A DNA stretch of 64,000 nt from Calditrichia bacterium (GTDB lineage: Bacteria; Calditrichota; Calditrichia; JAJRVZ01), in assembly GCA_963796965.1 (NCBI GenBank), contig CAWCNS010000011.1:352001-416000 (forward strand), written 5' to 3'. Under the pieces are notes generated by a model that saw only the letters and a list, made by a program, of their open reading frames with translations, searched no databases and was not told the origin of the DNA. Below, piece after piece: positions 21,446 to 32,514 of the stretch. Each line of letters begins with the position of its first letter. Positions within the stretch are counted from its first letter, which is position 1. The position numbers and the translations under genes were made by a program.

Positions 21446-22930
21446 TATACGACCATCCTTTCATGCAGGAGCCGATCATAGGCACTGATATCTATTTTGT
21501 TTATTTTGACGTCTCGTGCGATAGTATAATTATCACTGCTTCTGATCTGGGAAAGAACTGATTCATATGTGATAGGCAAGTTTTTATCAAGCAGAGAAGC
21601 TCAATGCCTGATCTACAGAGGATTCGCTTTCTTTTGCAGCAAGATGCAATATCTTCAGATATTTTTTATGGCTCCTTTGAGTATTGTGTTTTTTCAAAGA
21701 ATCGTAGGCCATACGAAAGCGATGAGTGGGAAAAAGATCTTTCCGGTAACGATAATTCTCGAATGCGCCGGGTTTACGCACCAGCCAATCAATAATATGG
21801 CGGTATTGGATATGATGCCCGTCTGATCCACGCAGCCGGGGAATTTTATCTACACATTTTTGTGCATACCAAATCTCAAAGTATTCTGCATACAAACGTA
21901 TGTTTACTACCTCACCGATCAACCGGCTGTTCACCGAATAAACATTATGATTTACACGGATCGTAGAAGATGGACCAACCTTGATGCTGATTCGTTTGCA
22001 GGAATCAAAACGACTCAAAGGAAGTCGTCTCAGCAGACTTAATTCTTCTGAAAATCGTCTCGTGCGGCCGGCATTGAGTTGTGAAAACAGTTTGTTCAAG
22101 AAAGTCGCATAGTCTTCACGACTATTAAAATCCCGGCTGCCACAAAGCATCAATGACTGGTCAAGAGCCCTTTTGAAACGGTGATGTCTTTGTTCGATAT
22201 CACCATTCTCATGTGGCTTGCCAGTCTGAATCATTTGACTTTCAATACCATAATGTCTCATCAGGGCACTATAACGTCGGGTGAACTCATCCTTTTTCAT
22301 ATGAGCCGGATTCTGTACCGCTGCTGTTAAGCGATCAGTGCGATGCCGGAGGGGGACACCGCCTAATTCCCATAAAGCATTTTGAAGACCTTCACTTAAA
22401 GACTCAAAACTCTCTGAGAAACAGATCGTCCCGGTCTCCCAGTTCGAATAGGGCAAAACAAAATGATAGATCAGATGATTAAACCTTTGACCCGATATGG
22501 TAATATTAAGTTTATTCATATGGGTGAAATCAGACTGGCAGAGATCACCGGGATAATAGATCTGAGGGAAAAATACTTCTTTTGGCGGTCCTTCAAGTGC
22601 ACGCCAAACTTTTATTCGCCTTTGAAGAGTTCTCAGTTGACCGTCCTTGTATTTTCCCGGATATTTGTGCTGGATATGGTCAAAGATGGTTTTGGCTTCC
22701 AAGCCAGGGTTAATTTCCAGTTGGGTCTGGATATCCGGCCAAATCTCGGCAAAGGAGTCTTCTCTGTTTCGCCAGTTATGTTCAACTTTTACTTCACTGG
22801 GTAATTTACCGGAGCGTTCATACTTACGTGCAGTTCTCTCATCCATGCCTGCTTTTGCTGCGGCAGTGGCTTTGGTTTTTTCCGTACGTAGTGCTTTCAT
22901 CAAAATCCTCACTTGTTTATCTGTTACCAT
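21445..22930 (-). CDS. istA: IS21 transposase IstA (frameshift near 21600)
   Basis: QSDFT, HRTDRL, ENGDIE DDE-type motifs; alternative frame ends TAA overlapping the istB ATG. Confidence 0.9.
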
Positions 22931-23319
22931 CCGGATCCTCCAAATTATGATCCGGAAAGTTTAATTATTCCTCGCTTAAAAAACGGGAATTTTATTTGTC
23001 GTCAAGTGGGAATAATGAATGTCGTCAATCAATTCTAATTCAAACTCTTCCTTATAAGTGGGTATCTCGTTGGTACCCCAACAGTACATTAGGTATAAAT
23101 AACTTAAATTAATTTCTTCACCTAAATCTTGATAATTGTGATTTTATTGCTATTCTGTTGCTTGGATCTATATAAATGGGGCGAGGTCCCTATTTCCAAG
23201 GAATAATATGATTTTCTAAAATACCTAACTGGTATTTCTATATCAACCTTAGGAGGTTAACAAAAACCCCCTCCAGAAAACTACTCTGAAGGGGGTGTGG
23301 GATTGCAATGTAATTAAGG

Positions 23320-26300
23320 TCACCTGAGCAAGATCATCTTTTTCACATCCTGAAATTCACCTGCCTCAATTCTATAGTAGTAGATTCCGCTCGAAACCGA
23401 TTTTTGGCGTTGAACTCGACTTCGTGATACCCTGCTTTCATATGTTGATTTAATATGATTTCTACTTTTTGCCCAAGGTATTAAATAGTTCAATTATCAC
23501 GTCTTGGGTTTGGGTAAGGCAAATTTTATCTTTGTTGATGGGTTAAATGGATTGGGAAAATTTTGATCCAACTTATATTTATCCGGTACCTTGTCTGAGA
23601 TTGCTTCAGTTAAACCACCAGCAGGATCAATTATTCTGTTCTTTAATATATAGAAATTGATTTGCAGAAACATTAGTTGTATCCCACTTAATACCACTGG
23701 GCCAGTTGATAATCAGCGAATCGACAATGACCCGCATCACCTAAACCAAAATGTACCACCAAACTGTTTTGTCCCCTGTATCGGAGGTTTTGGCAGAGAT
23801 TTCCCTGTATTGGCGTAGAGGGATCCATTATTTTGGGTAACGAATTTTTATTCTGGCACCGATTGCATCCCGATTTGATATCACGCCCGTACATTTTATT
23901 TTCAGCCATTTATTATTATTACCTGAGTTATTGTAGAGAGCATCTGCCTCTTAAACGTTTGCAAGAAATAAATCCAGATCACCATCATTATCGTAATCTG
24001 CCCACCCTAATCCTGTAGAATCATTTATCCATGATTATTGATCTGCCAGTATTCAATCATTGAGAACGTACCATCACCCTTATTTTTATATAAGAGTTGT
24101 ATTAAAATCATTCCTGATCGTTCCGCCAAAGAAATCGCCTACCACGAGATCCAAATACCCATCATTATCGAAATCAGCCCAGGAAGCAACCCTGCCAAAA
24201 TTATCTCCCGTGGGAATTGAATTAACCTCAGAAAAAGATCCATCGCCATTATTTTTAAAAAGAATATTTGTCGGCCAGTCGGTTAGAAACAGATCCTGAT
24301 ATCCGTCATTATTATAATCCCCCCAGGTACAGGTATAGGCCTGATGTTTCATGTTTTCGGCGGATCTCGGGTAAAGGTGCCATCACCATTATTTATGATA
24401 AAAGTAAGAGTCCGGCCTAAGGATTGCCAATAAAAACATCCATGTCACCATCATTATCGTAATCAGACCAACCCTGCGGATAAGAGACATGAGATTCGGT
24501 GACGATATCACCATAATCAATTTTTAAAAATTTCCCATCTCCGACACCTTTATAAAGAAAATTATATCCCTTCATTGGCTGCCAAAAGATCTAACCAGCC
24601 ATCATTATTATAATCAACCCAGCTGCAGGATGTCCGATGTCCATTATCATTGGCAATCAGCCCGGAAGTTATTTTTGTAAATGTTTCATCTCCGTTATTT
24701 TTATATAAATTATTTGCACGGTCATCATCATAACTGATTGTAAAAAGATCCGGATCACCATCATTATCATAATCACCCCAGGTAGCATCATACACAAATT
24801 CATCGGATCTTAACAATGATACTATTTATAATTTGCCGAAAACTTCCATTTCCTAGATTTTTATATAAGTTGATTTTGATTATATCCAGTTACCAATATA
24901 CAAGATCCACAAACCCATCAGAATTATAATCTATCCAGTTAACACAACGCATGAGTCTGATCATTCGCTAATACCTGTATAGCTGGTCTTAATAAATTGA
25001 TCAACAATAATATATTTTCTCTTTAATAAGGTATCGCTCTGAGATCCATTACTTGTAATAAGTGTAATATCATATTCGCCAAACTCAGTAAAGGCATATT
25101 GCGGATTTTTCACCGTACGAACTATCCCCAGTACCAAAATACCATTTCCAGCCGTTAATATTGCCAATGGATAAGATCAGTGAACTGAACAAGGCCGGAG
25201 TGGATTGAAAATAAGTGCGGTTTGCAGTAAAAGATATTTTGGGTGTTTCAGGTTCTGTAATTGTGAGTAATCTGATTCACTTCAAGGGCGCCACTTCCGA
25301 AACATATCCTGATGGCCAGGTGACTTTAATTGAATCAATAGTATTGGCATCTGCCAATCCAAAGTGTGCTACGAGGCTATTATGCGTCCCATAGCCATGG
25401 TGGGCCATGATTTCCCGGTATTGCCAAACATCGAATCCATTAATCATCGACTTGACCTGAACCTTTGCACCAATTGCCGCAGCATTGGAATTATACCTTT
25501 AAGTTTTATCTGCTATCCAGTTATTACCACTATGGTCATTTCTATATAAAAAATTATTACCACGTATTGGCAACGAACAGATCCAGGTCACCATCATTAT
25601 CATAATCAGCCCAGGAACCACTTGTTGAAAGTCCAATATCCGTTGCTAATAATTTCGTAAAAGTTCCATCACCATCATTGCCATATAAAATACTATTAAA
25701 GCCATAATTCGCTACAAACAGATCCAGATCGCCATCATTGTCAAAATCAATCCAGGTACTACCCCGAGAATTACCATAATCATTAGGGATAATACCAGTA
25801 ATTATAGAATTGAAAGAACCATCTCCATTATTTAAATAGAAAAAATTATTGCTTTGTCTTTCATTGGTTACAAACAAATCCAGGTCATCATCATTGTCAT
25901 AATCAACCCAGTTTGCGCCCTTAGATCGTGCGAAGTCAGTAGTGATGGGAGCTAACTGGATATTCGAAAAAGTGCTGTCATTATTATTGATGAACAAATC
26001 GTTTCCATTATCACCATCAGAGTTTAAACTTTTGGTCACAAAAAGATCATAATCACCATCATTATCATAATCGCCAAATAAAAATCCTTTCACGAATCCT
26101 GACAGTTGTATGTGTTTATCAACCAGTCTATTTAAAATCCCATCATTGCTTAAATATGGATAACATCTCATTGAAGAAGTGTGGTACAAGGCTAAGATAT
26201 CAATGCTTCCATCATGATTTAGATCAATCCAGGTACTTGAATTTGAACCTTCGTTATCAGTAGCAGCATCACCCGAATAAATCCTGTTAAAATTTCCAGC

Positions 26301-27783
26301 TCCATCATTCTTATACAGGTAGTTTCTGTCGTTATTACTTACATATAAATCTAAATATCCATCATTATCATAATCTCCCCAGGTACAATCATTTGAGTTA
26401 CCTATATCAGTACCAATTTGACCATTTATAATCTTCGTGTAAATTACCATTTCCATTGTTCCTGTAGAGAAAATTCGGTTCACCATAATTGGTAACAAAT
26501 AAATCCTGATAGCCATCATTATCATAATCTCCCCAGGCAGAGGCAGTGGAATTCCCCCCATCATTAACAATATCCCCAATAGTAATCTTTGTGAAAGGTG
26601 CATCATCATAAACAGGGATTTCAGATTTTAACCGGCATAAGGGATCACCAACAACTACATTTCGCCAACTGATATAAGCCATGGACATATACGCCGCTTC
26701 AATTAATGTGAAACCACTGGCATATCTGGCAAATAAAATGTTTTCATGGGGGATGGCAGAGGAATAGGGTTCATACACATGTCCAATGCCACCTGTTCCG
26801 CCAATGGCAATAAAATCTGCTATCAGGTTATGATTGCTAATTCGGCCTTCCGGAAAGAAACTGTATCCGTTAAAACTTTCATACGTGTTAAACAAAGCAC
26901 CATTTGCAAAATTAAAATTTAAGTCATTTAATATGAAAGGATAACCGGCATCGGCATGGACACCATGCCCACAGTAGCCCATTACATCTCCCTGATCGTT
27001 CTGGGTTATATGGGTGCTGGTATTGTCATAAACAGAATTTTGTACAAGTTCATCCAATACACGTTTAGCCTCAAACATTTTGTCATAGGTGAGGCCGGGG
27101 TGATCATCCAGGATGTACCAGCCAGTACCCGAAGTGTCCGGATTTACCCCTCTGTCGATCATTGCCAGTACATCAGTTAAGGTAAAAGCATCAAGACGAC
27201 TAACCAGATAAGACATTTTTGAACTGGAATAGGGTGGATAGGTAAAACTGTTGAAGTAATGAATTTCGCCAAAATATGCGTTGTCGGCTCTGCTATTGAA
27301 TGAATATTCATCATTGAATAGCAGACATAACTCTGAATCGACTGAGCTCATGTCCTCACCTGAAATCTTTAAGGGTATACCTTTTGCCAGTACAATAAAT
27401 CTGATCTGTTCTTTAATACCACGCTGGATCAGGCTATCACGCAGTACATCTCTGATATAGGTGTTATAATAATCTCTTGTAATCACTTCTACCGTATCGC
27501 AGGCAATCGCACATATGTTGCTTTGCGGGATCTGGCGGGCTGCCTGGTAATAGGAAGCGATAGAATCGCCATAGGAAGAGTTTGTATTATAAACCACAAA
27601 AACGTGTTCTGTTCCTGGTTTTGTAGGCGATACAAAACTCGTAGGCGAGATATCAGTTGCAGAAAATAAAGGGGTATTTTTTAAGTTATCCGGAGTATCG
27701 GGAATTTGTGCATATAGCGCGGGAGTGATACTTACTGTGATGAGAAAGAAAAATGAAAGCAGGAGGTACCGTTTATTCAACAT
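23320..27783 (-). CDS. Large secreted protein: TIGR03790-like domain + FG-GAP/VCBS repeats + ASPIC/UnbV-like + PKD + FG-GAP + CTD; many frameshifts
   Basis: VVYN...[41 protein letters not shown] repeats in consecutive fragments; fragmented CTD at 23320-23580. Confidence 0.7.
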
Positions 27784-27965
27784 TTTTAGTCACCTTAGTC
27801 ACTTTAGATTGAATTTACTACTTTAACAAATTATCTTCTTTATATTTATCGGGTTGTATACTGTCATTGCTTTATCATATAATTTTCAACTCCCCACCTT
27901 ATGGAAATATAGGCTTTTAGAATTTTGTATTTTCAATTCTTTCCAGACCTCCATTAAGAAATTAG

Positions 27966-29237
27966 TTATTTCATCAAAATAAATTTCTTCACATCCATAA
28001 ATTCCCCGGCATCCAATCGATAATAATAGACACCACTGGAAAGATTCTTAGCGTTGAATTCTACTTCATGTTCACCCGCGTTCATGTTCCGGTTAATAAG
28101 AGTGACCACTTTCTGACCAATGCTATTGAAGACTTCTAGTCTAACTTGTCCCTGATCTGGCAAACTAAACTTAATCATTGTGTTAGGATTAAACGGATTT
28201 GGATAGGCTTCATGTAATTTGAATTGCTTCTTACTAATTCCATCCCCGGCTATATTGGTGGGCTGTTCGACAATAAACACACCTGAAGTATCTATGTCCT
28301 TCGCTATAATTCTTCCCTGTCCTACATTGGTAAATTTCCAATTCTCCATTGTTAGAGTACCAGTAAATTCAAAATCAATAGAGTTTAATTCTGGATTGTA
28401 CATGAAATTATCACCAACCTCATATGCCGCGGCATACAAGCTCAGACTATCACCAACCTCTACGGTTACAGTGTCTTCGTATTCAGGAAAACAGTCATTG
28501 CTTAATGGTAAGCCACCCGGATTACAATGAATTTCTATATAACAAATGCCACGGCTAAGAAAAGTTATTGAACCAGTGGTATCACTCAAGCTTCCTGCCG
28601 TTGCTACGATAGTGCCAGAAGCGGGCCCCATACAAGGATCATGTATCTTGTTAAATACAAGAACAGAATCGATAACGCTTATAGGAGCTAATGTACCGGT
28701 AGTGCTCCACTCAACTATTTGATTTCGAATGAAGTTATCTAAAGAATCGTAACTAGCGGCATAAAGGGTGATTGTCTGACCTGCATGCATAGTTAAATGA
28801 CCAACCTCACAGCACCCCCCTTCAGGAGCGCTACGGATTTGGATGTAATCTGGAGTTATTGTATTAGGGTCTTTGACAATAATAACACCTGATGTATCCG
28901 CAAAATTATTATAAGCTGCAACAATAATAAAATTTGCTGGATTATCTATAGCAAAAATAAAGTCGATACATCCATCGGTCTGAGATTGCTTTTTGGGAAG
29001 ATTATCAAAGAAATAATATATATTCCAACTTGCCTGAACATACTCGATAAAATTACCTGCTGAATCGAAGCTCGCTGGACATAGAGCAAGTGTATCCCCA
29101 AAGAATATTATTGTATCTTGATGAGCATCATTTCCATCTTCATAAAGAATTTTTAAAGACGCCATATCCTGAGCCATTGAATTAAGAATGAAAAGAAAGA
29201 TAAAAGAAATGAGGAAAAAAGGTACTTTGGTTTTCAT
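27966..29237 (-). CDS. Secreted protein with three Ig-like repeats and CTD
   Basis: Signal peptide, repeated LYAAxYD...F...W...DTSGV units, YPNPFNP...KKFILMK. Confidence 0.8.
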   Translation of the reverse strand: MKTKVPFFLISFIFLFILNSMAQDMASLKILYEDGNDAHQDTIIFFGDTLALCPASFDSAGNFIEYVQASWNIYYFFDNLPKKQSQTDGCIDFIFAIDNPANFIIVAAYNNFADTSGVIIVKDPNTITPDYIQIRSAPEGGCCEVGHLTMHAGQTITLYAASYDSLDNFIRNQIVEWSTTGTLAPISVIDSVLVFNKIHDPCMGPASGTIVATAGSLSDTTGSITFLSRGICYIEIHCNPGGLPLSNDCFPEYEDTVTVEVGDSLSLYAAAYEVGDNFMYNPELNSIDFEFTGTLTMENWKFTNVGQGRIIAKDIDTSGVFIVEQPTNIAGDGISKKQFKLHEAYPNPFNPNTMIKFSLPDQGQVRLEVFNSIGQKVVTLINRNMNAGEHEVEFNAKNLSSGVYYYRLDAGEFMDVKKFILMK

Positions 29238-29606
29238 GGTTTATTTTCCTATTTGCATGATTGGCTAAATAGATTTGACTTCGCTCTTTAATTCACAAAC
29301 ATGCGTACAAAAGTAATAAGTCAGGCATTACCTGATTGATGTATATATTTTAAAACGGAATTTTATAGTAGTCTTAATGGAATGAATTTATAACGCTAAC
29401 ATAAAATAATATAGTTTTAAGAAAAAGTTGTGACAATTCTGACAAATAGTAAGTTTAATGATAAATCTGATTTCTATACGATCTTCTGTGAGGAAATTGA
29501 AAGGGGATTCATTGTAAAAGCCAATACGCTGGTCCAAAAAATGTCCGGCAGGTTCTGAAGTATCACAAATTATAGTGAAAACATTACCATTTGGTTACTT
29601 TTAAAT

Positions 29607-29643
29607 AAAAAGCCCTTACTAAACAAGTAGTTAGTAAGGGCTT
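29607..29643 (-). terminator. Hairpin/terminator 3' of the duplicated tRNA end
   Basis: 13-bp IR aagcccttactaa / ttagtaagggctt with A-run. Confidence 0.65.
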
Positions 29644-29646
29644 AAT

Positions 29647-29977
29647 GCTCCGGCGGGCAGGCGAAAAAACGAATCGCATTATCCTTCCCTTTAAAATCCG
29701 CTATATGCAATATAAACAGGGAGGTACGTATTATTATTTCCCTGAAGTTACTATTAAAAATGGAAGGTTAAATGCGACCTTTTATCGCAATCGGGGACTT
29801 AAAGATGTTAAGTTCACGAGAGAAGAATTGCAGGCATACTGGCAAGCGAAGAGTACAGTCAGGGCCAGCGAATATCACAAAATGATTACGGATAATAATT
29901 GGAGCAAAGCAGATCTTGCCAGGCACTTGGGAGTCCCCCGCGCCTGGGTAACGATTGTAATGCGGGAGTTGAATTGA
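29647..29977 (+). pseudogene. Duplicated tRNA-Asn 3' end fused to HTH tail (copy 3)
   Basis: gctccggcgg identical to 31634-31643; frame LRRAGEKTNRIILP...NNWSKADLARHLGVPRAWVTIVMRELN, paralogous to 9435-9769. Confidence 0.7.
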
Positions 29978-30209
29978 ATAGTTTTTCCGAATAAACTTTT
30001 TCCATGCACTTTCAATGCAATTATATTTTTTACGGCTTTCCTTCAATTCGTTGCAGTTAAATACTGCCAAGAAAAGAAGATAATATTGCTCAGATAAAAC
30101 CTTAATTTTTTACAAGAACATTAATAATACCCCTGCAATAGTATTGCTTACTGAGAATATTTTAATTATCTTACCTTGAAAATGCGGTACAAATCACAGA
30201 ATATTCAAG

Positions 30210-31382
30210 GTGATAATCATGATGGTTAAAAGAGAAAAAGAAATTAAAATACTTCGTCAAATGTTGAAGGTTTATCCTGCTGTTGGAATAATTGGTGCCC
30301 GGCAGGTGGGTAAAACCACATTGGCAAGGATGATTGCAAAAGAAAGCAAAACGCCGGTTACTCATTTTGATTTAGAGAATCCGGAAGATCTAGCCCGACT
30401 GACTGATCCGATGTTGGCACTTAGGGAATTAAAGGGATTGGTAATTATTGATGAAATTCAGATATATCCGGATTTATTTCCGGTATTACGTGTATTAATT
30501 GACAAGCCGGAAATAAATATCCGGTTTTTGATATTAGGCAGTGCCTCGCCGGAATTGTTGCGCCAGGGAGCTGAGAGTCTGGCAGGACGTATCATTTTTC
30601 ATGAATTGAAGGGCTTTTCGCTTGAAGAAGTAGGAATCGATAATTTCAAAAATCTATGGCTTCGCGGTGGATTTCCACTTTCTTATCTTGGGCGTACGGA
30701 TATTGATAGCAGCGAATGGCGCAGGGCGTTCATTAAAACCTTTTTAGAGCGCGATCTACCGCAACTGGGCATTAATATTCGCTCAATAACAATGCGTCGA
30801 TTTTGGACAATGCTTGCACATTATCACGGACAAACTTGGAATGCTTCGGAATTCAGTCGGTCTTTTGGCGTCGCGGACACAACCATCATGAATTATCTTG
30901 ATTTATTAACTTCAGCTCTGGTTGTCAGACAGATGCGACCATGGTATGAAAATATATCAAAAAGGCAGGTAAAGGCGCCCAAAATTTATATATCGGATAG
31001 TGGAATGGTTCATAGTCTGCTAAACATTAATAATATGGAAGACCTGGAAAGTCATCCAAAAATCGGGGCAACGTGGGAAGGATTTGTATTAGATCAGATA
31101 ATTCGGGTAATTGGTGCCTACAGTGATGAATGTTTTTTCTGGGCTACCCATGCCGGGGCAGAGCTGGATATGTTAGTGGTGAGAGGTAAAGACCGATTCG
31201 GCTTTGAAATTAAAAGGACAACATCACCTGCAATAACGCCATCGATGCGAATCGCATTATCTGATCTAAATCTAAACAGCATTGTTGTCGTGCACGCCGG
31301 TGAGTCCACTTTTCCATTATCAGCTAAGATCAAAGCGGTTGCTTTTACACACATTCTGCAGCATTTAAATCCCCTTACCTAA
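30210..31382 (+). CDS. AAA+ ATPase, AAA_14 plus DUF4143 (paralog of 8026-9171)
   Basis: GARQVGKT, IIDEIQ, AESLAGR, GATWEG, GAELD...FEIK. Confidence 0.9.
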   Translation: MIIMMVKREKEIKILRQMLKVYPAVGIIGARQVGKTTLARMIAKESKTPVTHFDLENPEDLARLTDPMLALRELKGLVIIDEIQIYPDLFPVLRVLIDKPEINIRFLILGSASPELLRQGAESLAGRIIFHELKGFSLEEVGIDNFKNLWLRGGFPLSYLGRTDIDSSEWRRAFIKTFLERDLPQLGINIRSITMRRFWTMLAHYHGQTWNASEFSRSFGVADTTIMNYLDLLTSALVVRQMRPWYENISKRQVKAPKIYISDSGMVHSLLNINNMEDLESHPKIGATWEGFVLDQIIRVIGAYSDECFFWATHAGAELDMLVVRGKDRFGFEIKRTTSPAITPSMRIALSDLNLNSIVVVHAGESTFPLSAKIKAVAFTHILQHLNPLT

Positions 31383-31553
31383 ATAGTAAAGCCTGAGTGA
31401 AATGAATCCTACTATATGAGTGATAGGCCCAGTATATGCAAAATAAAATAAATCATAAATGAGCTATATTAAAAGCGAAGAAACTCAAGACCTCCCACTG
31501 GATTAAGGAAATTGATCTAACAATTCATATGAATCATATGGAAGATGGAAAAT

Positions 31554-31597
31554 AAAAAGTGGCCCTATGGAATTTTTAACCATAGAGCCACTTTTTT
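31554..31597. terminator. Terminator downstream of tRNA-Asn
   Basis: aaaaagtggccctatgg...ccatagagccactttttt. Confidence 0.7.
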
Positions 31598-31634
31598 AAC
31601 TGAACTTAACAGTTCGAGTTTAAAACGTACCAAG

Positions 31635-31707
31635 CTCCGGCGGTAGGACTTGAACCTACAACCTAGTGATTAACAGTCACCCGCTCTGCCAATTGAGCTA
31701 CGCCGGA
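31635..31707 (-). tRNA. tRNA-Asn (GTT), CCA not encoded
   Basis: TCCGGCG acceptor, TAGCTCAATTGGCAGAGC D-arm, GTGA-CTGTTAA-TCAC anticodon arm, GTAGGTTCAAGTCCTAC T-arm, G73. Confidence 0.97.
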
Positions 31708-31783
31708 ATATAATATCTAATACATCCCGATATAAGCATCGATATCCTATCGATATTTCGGGATTAAATCATCCATGATTTAA

Positions 31784-31818
31784 AATTACGAATTACGAAT
31801 TACGAATTACGAATTACG
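31784..31818. repeat. (AATTACG)x5 perfect heptamer tandem repeat
   Basis: Read directly; preceded by palindrome atcccga...tcgggat (31724-31764). Confidence 0.9.
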
Positions 31819-31894
31819 TAAACCTGAATTTACGAAGCGCATTGCACTTATGTCAAATGAAAATTGAGGAAATTATATACTAATTTTGGCTTTT

Positions 31895-32385
31895 CTAAAT
31901 GAGAAGCCTTTCTATCTCCTTTACCACCCTGCTTCGCTGTTTAATCTTTATTTCTTTCTCCTCACCATTATCATAAAATACTTTTATCTCATTAGGGCCT
32001 GATTTATTGGTGATTTCAGTTACGATAGTGGCCTCAAGACCATGAAAATTGTCATAATGACTGATACGTTTATTGTTTTGGTCAAAATCATCAAAATGGT
32101 CCTGACAGCGGTTTTCTATGTCCATTTTGGAATGATCATAGTTATCCCGGGGAATCGCCATTTCCATTTCTGGATAGATTGTAATAATTTTTTTCTTGAG
32201 CGGGGCAATTTCCAGGTTAGCCACATACCGGAGGTGAAATAGTAATTCCGGAATCCCGGGATAGGTTTTCCGTTTACAATAAAATCCCCTTGTTCTCGGA
32301 TTTTTTCAATAATATCATAGTAAATCCGGACCCGAACAGGGCGGACTTCTTCACCATTGCCATTATTTCCATTCAATTTGGCCAT
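31895..32385 (-). CDS. Hypothetical protein, probably one gene with a frameshift near 32220
   Basis: Overlapping same-strand ORFs 32116-32385 and 31895-32224; no recognisable motif. Confidence 0.55.
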
Positions 32386-32514
32386 TAGATACTCTTTGTC
32401 AAAGTAATTTTTGATCTTACTCTTATTGTCGAATGGAAATAATAACTCTTTAATATTCTTGGGTAAATTGGATAAATATCAGGTTAGTTGGGATATGTGG
32501 AAAGTTTGCGCGAT

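Larger units (their letters stand above)
20572..23031 (-). mobile_element. IS21-family insertion sequence (ends approximate)
   Basis: istA-istB pair; inverted acgacattcattatt (20600-20614) / aataatgaatgtcgt (23011-23025) with secondary repeats at both ends. Confidence 0.85.

Noticed and set aside
21445..21620. Programmed istA frameshift
   Set aside because: No obvious slippery site, and indel errors are common in this part of the window.
20778..22964. Plus-strand ORFs over IS21 and other short antisense ORFs in the track
   Set aside because: Shadow frames of well-supported genes on the opposite strand.
29645..29647. ATG before tail copy 3 as a true start
   Set aside because: It directly abuts a terminator hairpin with no RBS, and copy 2 has no start at the equivalent position; not fully excluded.
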